Positions 18,049 through 26,678 of a stretch of DNA of 64,000 nucleotides are shown piece after piece. Position 1 is the first letter of the stretch, and every line of letters starts with the position of its first letter. A program made the position numbers and the translations under genes. The DNA comes from Clostridia bacterium (lineage in GTDB: Bacteria > Bacillota > Clostridia > Oscillospirales > CAG-272): NCBI GenBank assembly GCA_017483305.1, contig JAFULC010000061.1:200-64199 (forward strand), in the 5' to 3' direction. Under the pieces are notes generated by a model. That model did not search any database. It was not told the DNA's origin and saw only the letters and a program-made list of their open reading frames with translations.

Positions 18049-18828
18049 TCACACCATCTGCTTTCGCATTTTTTCAAGAGCGCACTTTTCAAGTCTTGAG
18101 ACCTGTGCTTGCGAGATGCCGATCCTCTCGGCGATCTCGGTCTGTGTTTTGTTGCCGTAATAGCGCATACCGATTATAGTTTTTTCGCGCTCGCTGAGGT
18201 TGTTGAGCGCCTCCCTCAAGGCGATTTTTTCAAGCCAGAGCTCGTCGCCCGAGCTGTTGTCACTGAGCTGATCGATGACGTAGAGCGAGTCGCCGCCCTC
18301 ACTGTAGACAGGCTCGTAGATCGACATCGGCTCGACTATCGCTTCAAGTGCACGAGTGACCGATTCCCTTTCCACGCCAAGCCTTTGCGCGATCTCGTCC
18401 GCGCTCGCCTCGCCCTCCTTTTCGCTCTGCAGCTCCTCCTTGACCTGCAACGCCTTGTACGCCAGATCCCTTGTCGATCGGCTGACTCGGATACTGTTGC
18501 TATCCCGAAGATAGCGCCTCAGCTCACCGATTATCATCGGCACGGCATAGGTCGAAAACTTGACGTCCATATCAATATTGAAGCGGTCGACCGCCTTGAC
18601 CAAGCCCACGCAGCCGACCTGAAAGAGATCGTCTGCGCTCTCCTTTTTGCCTGAAAATCGGTGTATGACCGACAAGACCAGGCGCAAATTTCCGTATATC
18701 AGCTCCTCGCGTGCCTTGAGGTCGCCCGCGCGCGCCCTGATCAAAAGCTCGCGCTTCGCCTCGTCGTCAAGGACGCAAAGCTCCGAGGTGTTGACACCGC
18801 ATATCTCAACTTTATTATAATAATACAT
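18049..18828 (-). CDS. sigG: Sporulation sigma factor SigG
   Basis: NKVEICGVNTS, GNLRLVLS, DDLFQVGCVGL, FSTYAVPMIIGE, GISQAQVSRLEK. Confidence 0.95.
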   Translation of the reverse strand: MYYYNKVEICGVNTSELCVLDDEAKRELLIRARAGDLKAREELIYGNLRLVLSVIHRFSGKKESADDLFQVGCVGLVKAVDRFNIDMDVKFSTYAVPMIIGELRRYLRDSNSIRVSRSTRDLAYKALQVKEELQSEKEGEASADEIAQRLGVERESVTRALEAIVEPMSIYEPVYSEGGDSLYVIDQLSDNSSGDELWLEKIALREALNNLSEREKTIIGMRYYGNKTQTEIAERIGISQAQVSRLEKCALEKMRKQMV

Positions 18829-18866
18829 TGTTATCATCTCCGCTTTTTATTTGGAACGATAACAAA

Positions 18867-18895
18867 ATTATTCCCTGCCTTTCGTGTTTGGATAC
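18867..18895 (-). promoter_or_regulatory. Sigma-F-type promoter of sigG
   Basis: Minus strand GTATC-15 bp-GGGAATAAT, close to the SigF consensus GYATA-N15-GGnnAnAnT. Confidence 0.6.
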
Positions 18896-18948
18896 ACTTT
18901 TAAAGGCAGGGATTTTTTTCTTATGTAATTTTCGGGATGCTTTCGCGA

Positions 18949-19848
18949 TCAGTCGATAAATTCGTCAAAATCGATGGTTGGATCGGGGCGCGCGATTGCG
19001 GCAGAGGGGTTGGAAAGGTCGATCTCGACCTTGTCGGCGTACTGTGTCGAGCCCTCCTCGAGTATTCCGAACAGAACTCGAAGCTTCGCATCAAGATTTG
19101 CAATGCTGCCGAATCTGACCTTATATTTATTGGCGTAGATCAAGGTAACGTCGTATTTTTCGTCGAGCAAAAGCGCATTTGCCTGCTCCAAAAATCCGCT
19201 TTCCTCAAGCGTTTCAAGGAAATCGCTGACGTAGGCGTAATATTTTTCGTCGACGACCTCGTAAAGAAGCTCACCCTCGGTATCGGTCTCCTCAACCGTG
19301 TCGTAAAAGACTATCCTCTCGCCTATCTCTAACGGTCTGACCTCGGGGATCCTGACCGAGACCGCGCCGTATGCCGAATATTTCGTACCCGACTCGCTTG
19401 ATGCGAGCACGCGCAGATCTTTGTCGATGGCGTAATATTTGCCGTCGATCTTGGTGTAATATTTGACCTCGTTGAAGGTGATATTTATTTTTACAGTACC
19501 CGAAAGGGTTTTTGTGACCTTAATGCTGTCGGCAAGCGGCAGATTTTCACGGATCGAGCGCTTGATGTCGCGTGCGGAGCGAAGAAAGATGCTATCTCCC
19601 TCTTTTATCTCCGCCGCCTCGATGATCTCGCCCTCGTTGAACATCGTGACCTCCCCGCTGACCGAGATTTCTCTCACGGGGTACAAAAAGATGACTATAA
19701 GCAGAGCGACAAGCGCGACTATACCAACCGCCGACAATACTACAACGCGGCGCGCGCCTTTCTCGCCGTACTTGGCGTAAAGGCTGTTTCTTATGCCCTC
19801 AAGCTTCTCTCGAGTGGCTTTTACGGCATCGTTTTCATTATTTGGCAC
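18949..19848 (-). CDS. ftsQ: FtsQ/DivIB-like cell division protein
   Basis: Single TM helix followed by a POTRA-like segment (ISVSG...EIIEAAEI..GDSIF). Sits after murG. Confidence 0.75.
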   Translation of the reverse strand: MPNNENDAVKATREKLEGIRNSLYAKYGEKGARRVVVLSAVGIVALVALLIVIFLYPVREISVSGEVTMFNEGEIIEAAEIKEGDSIFLRSARDIKRSIRENLPLADSIKVTKTLSGTVKINITFNEVKYYTKIDGKYYAIDKDLRVLASSESGTKYSAYGAVSVRIPEVRPLEIGERIVFYDTVEETDTEGELLYEVVDEKYYAYVSDFLETLEESGFLEQANALLLDEKYDVTLIYANKYKVRFGSIANLDAKLRVLFGILEEGSTQYADKVEIDLSNPSAAIARPDPTIDFDEFID

Positions 19849-19901
19849 GAGCTTGTCCTCCTTTTTCTCAATTTATGGTTTATAATTCTACAATAAGTTG
19901 T

Positions 19902-21014
19902 TTATTTTGACTTATTTTGAATGGTTTTTACAATTTCTTCGTAGATAATTCGGTTTGCATCGGGCTTTGCGAAGGCTTTGATTCGCTGGCACATATTCAT
20001 TCTTGCCTTAGCATCAAGGAGCAATCCTTCACTAATGCGTGTGAGCTTGCCGCTCTCAAACTCCGACTCCTCAACCAGCTCGCACGCCTTCTCGTCATAG
20101 AGCGCCTTGGCATTCTTGAACTGATGGTTTGCGGCTACGTAGGGTGACGGCACAAGTATTGCCGCCTTGCCAAGCAAGGAAAGCTCGGAGACCGTCATTG
20201 CGCCCGCGCGGCAGATAACGAGGTCGGCTCTGCTCATTCTCGCGTCCATATCGTAGATATAGTCGACGAGCTTTACGTTATTTTTCGCCGCAAGTCCGCG
20301 AGCTCTGTATATTTCACCGAGTGCCTCGAAGTCGCGCTTACCTGCGGCGTGATAAAATTCGGTGTCGGGGTATTTGTCAGCTATACCTTCAAGCATATCT
20401 ACAACCGCGCGGTTGAGTGTCTCCGCGCCGAGCGATCCGCCGAAAATAAGCACGCTTTTGCTAAATCCCTTGGCTATATCCGCGCTCTCGGTCTTTTTCT
20501 GACCGATCACATTGGGATTTCCAACGTGCATGACCTTTTTCGCGCCGCTTATCATCTTCGCCGACGACTCGAAGTTTGTCATTACGCAATCGACCTTGCG
20601 AGCCAGCTTTTTAACCGCCTTACCGGGTATCGCATTCGACTCGTGGACGATCGTCGGAATGCCCATATCCGCGCCCGCGTTGAGCACGGGATAGCAGGCA
20701 AAGCCGCCCGTGCCGATGATGACGTCGGGCTTGAACTCTTCGATGATCCTCCTTGCCTGACGCTTTGATTTTATCATAAGGTATGCGGTCTTGAGGTTTT
20801 TGGGATTCCAAATTGGGTAGCTTCCGCAGATATCCACGCGGTATAAGCTCTCATATCCCGCGCGCGGCACAAGGTCCTGCGCCTTGTCTCTTGCAAGTCT
20901 TGAGCAGACGAATGCTATCTCGCTCTCGGGCTCATATTCCTTTATTGTGTTGGCGATCGCGATCGCGGGGTTGACGTGTCCCGCTGTGCCGCCGCCTGTC
21001 ATTAATACTCGCAT
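19902..21014 (-). CDS. murG: MurG glycosyltransferase
   Basis: TGGGTAGHVNPA, HESNAIPG, GNP, GGSLGA, RAGAMTVSE, NHQFKNA. Confidence 0.97.
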   Translation of the reverse strand: MRVLMTGGGTAGHVNPAIAIANTIKEYEPESEIAFVCSRLARDKAQDLVPRAGYESLYRVDICGSYPIWNPKNLKTAYLMIKSKRQARRIIEEFKPDVIIGTGGFACYPVLNAGADMGIPTIVHESNAIPGKAVKKLARKVDCVMTNFESSAKMISGAKKVMHVGNPNVIGQKKTESADIAKGFSKSVLIFGGSLGAETLNRAVVDMLEGIADKYPDTEFYHAAGKRDFEALGEIYRARGLAAKNNVKLVDYIYDMDARMSRADLVICRAGAMTVSELSLLGKAAILVPSPYVAANHQFKNAKALYDEKACELVEESEFESGKLTRISEGLLLDAKARMNMCQRIKAFAKPDANRIIYEEIVKTIQNKSK

Positions 21015-21041
21015 TACTTTTCCTTTCTATGTGGGGGATAT

Positions 21042-21227
21042 ATGGGGCGCTGCCCCAAGCCCCGCAAGAAACTTTTTGGAAAAAAGCTTCTTGACTTCAA
21101 AAACTTTCAATAAAATACGGTTGATTTCTTCGACGTAAGGGTTTTATTTCGGTTGTGTTCAGAAGTTTATAAGCTTCAAAACCTCAAATGCTTTCAAAAA
21201 ATACTGTTGATTTCTTCGACGTAAGAC
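21042..21227. repeat. Intergenic palindromic MITE/REP-like element with an internal direct repeat
   Basis: TGGGGCGCTGCCCCA hairpin, AAGAAACTTTTTGGAAAAAAGCTTCTT, and two copies of AAAATAC(G/T)GTTGATTTCTTCGACGTAAG. Confidence 0.55.
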
Positions 21228-21239
21228 GTAGCGAAGATT

Positions 21240-22526
21240 TTATTTTTTTACGTAAGAATATCTAGACATCGACAGAATGATTCCCATTTCGAATATCTGA
21301 AGCATCAAGGCAGTTCCTCCCGACGAGAAGAACGGCAGAGATATTCCCGTATTGGGCATCGAATTAGTTACAACGGCGATGTTCATTGCCGTTTGAAGCG
21401 CGACCTTTGTGGTCAGTCCGTAGACCACGAGCGACGAGAATTTGTCGGGGCACTTCGATGCGATCTTATATCCGCGCCAAAGAAGAAGCACGAACAGAGC
21501 TATAACAAGCGTTGCGCCAAAAAATCCGAGCTCCTCACAGACTATCGTGAAGATAAAGTCGTTTTGCGGCTCGGAGACGTATCCGTACTTCTGGGTACTG
21601 TTTCCAAGTCCGACTCCGAACAAGCCGCCCGAGCCTATCGCGTAAAGTCCCTGCCAGGTCTGCCAAGCCGAGCCGAGTGGGTCTGCCTTCTCGATAAACA
21701 GCCAGGTCATAACTCGCTCCTGCGCGTAATCCGACACCAAAAGCACCGCGCCGACTCCAATTATGCCCGCAACTACGATCAGCGCCATCCATTTGCCGTC
21801 CGTGCCGCCGATGAACATAATGATCAAGCCCAAAAGACCGATTATTATAAGTCCCGAAAGGTGTCGCTCGAGCATTACGAGCCCGCAAATGAGTACTATA
21901 AGTATTCCCGGATAGAGCACGCCGTAGCGAAAATGACCGCCAAAGCGCTGGGATAGCTCAATTTTCTTTTCATATTTTGACATCACGAGCGCGAGCACCA
22001 TTACGATCGCCATTTTCGCGATCTCGGAGGGCTGGATCGTCAACGGACCGATCGCGATCCATCTTTGCGCGCCGCCGCCCGCCGTTCCGATCACAAGCAC
22101 GGCAAGCAGAAGCACCGCCGCCACTCCGTAGATGACGAGTCCGAAAACTCGCCAGAACCACGGCCGCGCGTAGATCACGAAGATCGCGGTGAAGATCGTC
22201 GCAACGATAAGGAAGATCATGTGTCGCTTGAAATAATATAGACTGTCGCCCATAAATCTTTCCGCCTCGTACGCGCTTGCGCTGTACGCCATGACCGCGC
22301 CGAAAAGCGCCAAGGCTATTACGATTATAAGGAAATAGACGTCGATACCGCCGCGAACCAGGACTCGTTCGCCGTCGGCGTCGGAGTTCTTAGGCTTATG
22401 TATCGGCTCGAGGTATATCGGGTCGTTTTTCTCAAGGCTTTTTTCGTAGGAGTCGTTCAGCTTGTCAGCTATACGGCGAACGAAAAAGCCTTTATTCTTT
22501 TTTTCGTTTTGATCCTTGCGGCTCAC
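21240..22526 (-). CDS. ftsW: SEDS protein FtsW/SpoVE
   Basis: GAQRWI, QPSEIAK, EPQNDFIF, PNTGISLPFFSSGG. Located in the dcw cluster. Confidence 0.92.
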   Translation of the reverse strand: MSRKDQNEKKNKGFFVRRIADKLNDSYEKSLEKNDPIYLEPIHKPKNSDADGERVLVRGGIDVYFLIIVIALALFGAVMAYSASAYEAERFMGDSLYYFKRHMIFLIVATIFTAIFVIYARPWFWRVFGLVIYGVAAVLLLAVLVIGTAGGGAQRWIAIGPLTIQPSEIAKMAIVMVLALVMSKYEKKIELSQRFGGHFRYGVLYPGILIVLICGLVMLERHLSGLIIIGLLGLIIMFIGGTDGKWMALIVVAGIIGVGAVLLVSDYAQERVMTWLFIEKADPLGSAWQTWQGLYAIGSGGLFGVGLGNSTQKYGYVSEPQNDFIFTIVCEELGFFGATLVIALFVLLLWRGYKIASKCPDKFSSLVVYGLTTKVALQTAMNIAVVTNSMPNTGISLPFFSSGGTALMLQIFEMGIILSMSRYSYVKK

Positions 22527-22569
22527 TGAATACTCCTTTCCGTAAAGCTACGTTTACTTTTTGATTTTG

Positions 22570-23619
22570 TCAGATCACTACTCCGAGCACACCGACGGCG
22601 CAAAGAGCGAGTGAAATGAGGAAGAATACGGTCACGATCTTGATCTCCGACCAATCCATAAGCTGAAAATGGTGATGCACGGGCGCTTTTTTGAAAAGGC
22701 GCTTGCCGTGGGTCAGCTTGAAATAGACTCTCTGCATAAGGCTTGAGAGCATTTCGAATATAAATACGAAGGACATTATGATGACCGCGATCAGCTCACC
22801 CTCACTTATCGCACAGCCCATAATTATGCCGCCGATAAAGAGCGATCCCGTGTCGCCCATAAATATTTTCGCGGGATAATGATTGAAAACGAGGAAGCCG
22901 AGCAGTGCGCCGACGAGCATTCCCGATGCAACGCCCGTATATCTTGAGCCGAGCAGCACCGAGGTGACGATCAGCGCCATACCGACCGATATGCCTATCG
23001 AGGAGGCAAGTCCGTCGAGTCCGTCTGTGATATTCGTGCTATTGACAAAGCCAATGATAACGACGAGATAAAGCGCGTAGGCAAACCAGCCGAGCTCAAG
23101 CGAGAGATCGGTAAAGGGGATCTTCAGCGCGGTGGGGAGATTGTCGGTCATACCCATCATTGCAAGATAAGCCGCCGCAACGACGGTCTGAAGGATGAGC
23201 TTCTGTGCTTCGTTAAGTCCCTCATTCTCTTTCTTGACAAGCTTTTTGTAGTCGTCGATAAAGCCGATCAGACCGTTGGCAACACCGAGGCAGAGCGTGA
23301 GTGCGAGGGGGATAAGGTCTATATTTTGACTGTTTCCCAAAACGCCGCACTTTTCAAGTATTATCCAGATAAGCATCGCAACGAGCGACGAAATAATAAA
23401 GCAAATGCCGCCCATCGTGGGAGTGCCCGCCTTACCCGCGTGCTCTGCGACGTACATATTTATCGGTTGGTTGAGCTTTTTCGCGCGAAGCACGGGCAAG
23501 ATCAGTCTCGTTGAAAGGACGGTGAGCAAAAACACTACCGCCGCAACGACCAACGCCTCGATTCCGATCAAACGGTTTATTCCTATATTAGTCAGATTCT
23601 GTAAATTTTCGTAAAGCAT
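22570..23619 (-). CDS. mraY: Phospho-N-acetylmuramoyl-pentapeptide transferase
   Basis: KAGTPTMGG, GFIDDY, NITDGLDGL, IFMGDTGS, APVHHHF. Confidence 0.97.
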   Translation of the reverse strand: MLYENLQNLTNIGINRLIGIEALVVAAVVFLLTVLSTRLILPVLRAKKLNQPINMYVAEHAGKAGTPTMGGICFIISSLVAMLIWIILEKCGVLGNSQNIDLIPLALTLCLGVANGLIGFIDDYKKLVKKENEGLNEAQKLILQTVVAAAYLAMMGMTDNLPTALKIPFTDLSLELGWFAYALYLVVIIGFVNSTNITDGLDGLASSIGISVGMALIVTSVLLGSRYTGVASGMLVGALLGFLVFNHYPAKIFMGDTGSLFIGGIIMGCAISEGELIAVIIMSFVFIFEMLSSLMQRVYFKLTHGKRLFKKAPVHHHFQLMDWSEIKIVTVFFLISLALCAVGVLGVVI

Positions 23620-23650
23620 CGCTATCGGTTTTCCTTCCTTTACGGCGAGT

Positions 23651-25063
23651 TCAATCGTTGAAGATCGCCTTTATCAGTTCTTCAAATTTCATAGCGCGGC
23701 TTGCCTTGAAGAGTATCGCATCGCCTACCGCTATATTTTCTTTAATTTTTTCCGCGATCGCCACAGCTCCAAGCTCCTCGTCAAAAGCGGTGACGCTCTC
23801 CTTGCTCATACCTGCGCCGAGCGCCGCCTTTGCGATCAATTCTCCCGACCTTCCGACCGTGAAAAGTCTGTCAACGCCTTTTTCCGCAAGGTATTTGCCC
23901 ACGCTAGCGTGCAGATCGTCGGAAAGAGCGCCAAGCTCCTTCATATCTCCAAGCCCGGCGATCCTGTTGCCGCCCACCTTGATCGTGGTGAGCGTATCGA
24001 TCGCACCCTTCATCGATTCGGGCGCGGCGTTATAGCAATCCGCGATAAGCGTGACTCCGTCCTTATCGGTCACGTTCATTCTCATTCCGTCTGCGACGAA
24101 GGAAGCAAGTCCGTCTCTTATATTGCGCTCGTCGGCACCGAGCAGATATGCCGCCGCCGCCGCAAACGCCGCGTTGTAGGCAAAGTGCTCGCCGATAAGC
24201 GATATTCGCAGATCGTAGATCTCTTTTTGTGGGATATAAAGGTCAAAGCAGGTGCCCTTTTCGTCAACTCTGACGTTTGATATTCTGAAGGCGCACTTTT
24301 CGCTATAGCCGACGTAGACCGTTTCGTATCTGTCACAATAGTGGTCGTCAAGCAAGGGCTCGTCGCCGTTGAGCAACAAATAACCGCTGTCAACGAGACC
24401 CTCGCCGATCTCGAGCTTTGCCTTTGCAATATTTTCGCGTGTTTTCAGATATTCAAGGTGTGACGTGCCGATATTCGTGACCATCGCAACGAAGGGTGTC
24501 GCGGTGAGGCTCATGCTTCTGATCTCGCCAAACGAGCTCATGCCCATCTCGAAAACCGCTCTTTCGCTGCTTTCGTCCGCCTCCATAAGCGACATCGGCA
24601 TTCCGATCACGCTATTGAAGTTGCCTGCGGTGCAATAGGTCTTGAATTTTTTGCGAAGTATCGCCGCGGTGAGCTCCTTTGTGGTGGTCTTGCCCACGCT
24701 TCCCGTGATCGCAACGCTCAGAAGCGCGTTTTCGCTACGGTAGCCCTTGGCACAGTGTGCGAATGCGTCCATTGAGTTCTCAACCACGACGTATGCCGCC
24801 GCTCTGCCCGAAATATTCGTCGGGACGTACTCGCAGAGGATACAACGGCAGCCCTGCTCTATCGCCTTCAGTATATAATCGTGTCCGTCGACACGCTCGC
24901 CGCGTGTGGCGACGAACATCGTATCGGCATCCGCCTCTCTCGAGTCGGTGCAGACGTACTCAAAATGGTTGCCCGCATCACCCGTGAAATCGTAAAGCTC
25001 GCCGCCGCACCAATCGGCTATGCGCTCCATATTAGTTTTTCCAAGACCAAGCTTTATTTTCAT
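23651..25063 (-). CDS. murF: UDP-MurNAc-tripeptide:D-Ala-D-Ala ligase
   Basis: ITGSVGKTTTKE, GNFNSVIGMP, DCYNAAPESM, GDMKELG, KASRAM. Confidence 0.96.
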   Translation of the reverse strand: MKIKLGLGKTNMERIADWCGGELYDFTGDAGNHFEYVCTDSREADADTMFVATRGERVDGHDYILKAIEQGCRCILCEYVPTNISGRAAAYVVVENSMDAFAHCAKGYRSENALLSVAITGSVGKTTTKELTAAILRKKFKTYCTAGNFNSVIGMPMSLMEADESSERAVFEMGMSSFGEIRSMSLTATPFVAMVTNIGTSHLEYLKTRENIAKAKLEIGEGLVDSGYLLLNGDEPLLDDHYCDRYETVYVGYSEKCAFRISNVRVDEKGTCFDLYIPQKEIYDLRISLIGEHFAYNAAFAAAAAYLLGADERNIRDGLASFVADGMRMNVTDKDGVTLIADCYNAAPESMKGAIDTLTTIKVGGNRIAGLGDMKELGALSDDLHASVGKYLAEKGVDRLFTVGRSGELIAKAALGAGMSKESVTAFDEELGAVAIAEKIKENIAVGDAILFKASRAMKFEELIKAIFND

Positions 25064-25098
25064 TTTTCAGTCCTTCCTCTGCCGCTGCGGCAGTACCC

Positions 25099-26607
25099 TT
25101 ACGAAAGGTATCTCTCTATCGCTTCTTTTACAATTTGCTTTTCCGAGAAAGGCTTTTTGCCCTCTCTGTCTATTTCGTATTCCTCGTGTCCCTTGCCTGC
25201 GAGCAGGATTATATCTCCCCGTCTCGCGTTTTTGATCGCGTATTCTATCGCCTCGCGCCTGTCCTCGATCACGGTATAGGTCGCGTCGGCAACGACACCC
25301 GAAAGGATGTCGGCTATAATGTCTGCCGTGCTTTCACTGCGACTGTTGTCGCTCGTAATTATCGCAAGATCCGCCATACTCGTGGCGATATTGCCCATTA
25401 TCGCGCGCTTTTGCCTCTCGCGGTCGCCTCCGCAACCGAAAAGCAGGACTATTCTCTGTCCTCTCGCGGCGAACGAGCGCGCGGTGCGGATCAGATTTTC
25501 AAGCGCGTCGGGTGTGTGGGCGTAGTCGATATAGACCGAAAAATCGGTCTTATTTTCGGTCTTTACCCGCTCGAGTCTGCCCGTAACGCCCGAAAAGCCC
25601 GCAAGCGTTTCCTTGATGTCCGCGACCTTGACTCCAAGCAAGTGTGCCGTTACTGCCGCCTGCATCGTGTTCATCACGTTAAAGCTTCCCGAGAGGAGTG
25701 AGCGCACTCGCAGTCTCATCTCTCTTGAAACAAGCTTATATTCGATCCCGAAGCTCGAGCGGAGCTTGATATCCTCGGCGTAGCAATCGGTCGACCTGCC
25801 CTCCGCCGTGCATTTATAGGTCGGTATCTCTATCTTATCGGCAAGCTTTCTGCCGTATCTGTCGTCGTAATTTATCACCGCCGAGCGACATTTTTTGAAA
25901 AGCAAGCTCTTTGCGGCGAAGTATGATTCCATATTTTCGTGAAAATCGAGGTGGTCCTCGCTGAGATTGGTGAAAACACCGATCTCAAAATCTATCGGCT
26001 CGACCTTGCCAAGAGAAAGCGCGTGTGAGGTGACCTCCATCACGGCAAATTCTGCTCCGTCACGAACGAAGCGGTCGAGAATTTTATAAAGCTCCTCGGG
26101 GTCGGGAGTGGTCATATTCGCGTTTGGGTCTGACGGGCAAATATCAAGCCTTCCCGAAGGAGAAAAGCAGCCCGTAGTTCCGATCGAGCCGACTCGCTTA
26201 CCCGACAGAGTAAGCATCGCCGCGATAAGTCCTGCTACCGAGGTCTTTCCGTTCGTTCCCGTGACTCCGATCACGCGCAGCTTTCTTTGCGGCTCGCCGT
26301 AGAATGCCGAATAAAGTCTTGACGCGGCAATTCTCGTGTCATCGACCTCTATTATCGGCAGATCTATGACGTTTTTGTCTATTCTGTGCTCTTTTATCGC
26401 GTTTTTTGATACGACGAGCGCCGCCGCGCCCTTTTTTATCGCATCACCGACGTATTTGTGACCGTCCGTGTGCAAGCCCTCGACGGCTAAATAAAGCTCT
26501 CCCTTTTTTATCCGTCTTGAATCGGGACAGATCGCCGTGATCTCGGGGTCGGCGGCTGTATCAAGTCCGCCAAGCCCCAAGGCACGTATAAGCTGTGACA
26601 GAAGCAT
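25099..26607 (-). CDS. murE: UDP-MurNAc-dipeptide:mDAP ligase
   Basis: GVTGTNGKTS, TTPDP, DHLDFH, DYAHTPDAL, FGCGGDR, DNSR, AGKGHE. Confidence 0.96.
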   Translation of the reverse strand: MLLSQLIRALGLGGLDTAADPEITAICPDSRRIKKGELYLAVEGLHTDGHKYVGDAIKKGAAALVVSKNAIKEHRIDKNVIDLPIIEVDDTRIAASRLYSAFYGEPQRKLRVIGVTGTNGKTSVAGLIAAMLTLSGKRVGSIGTTGCFSPSGRLDICPSDPNANMTTPDPEELYKILDRFVRDGAEFAVMEVTSHALSLGKVEPIDFEIGVFTNLSEDHLDFHENMESYFAAKSLLFKKCRSAVINYDDRYGRKLADKIEIPTYKCTAEGRSTDCYAEDIKLRSSFGIEYKLVSREMRLRVRSLLSGSFNVMNTMQAAVTAHLLGVKVADIKETLAGFSGVTGRLERVKTENKTDFSVYIDYAHTPDALENLIRTARSFAARGQRIVLLFGCGGDRERQKRAIMGNIATSMADLAIITSDNSRSESTADIIADILSGVVADATYTVIEDRREAIEYAIKNARRGDIILLAGKGHEEYEIDREGKKPFSEKQIVKEAIERYLS

Positions 26608-26678
26608 TCCTTTTCCTCCAAAAAATATAATTGTCACAACATTATATTTTTCTTCGGCTCAAAAAATGCTTTTTTCGT

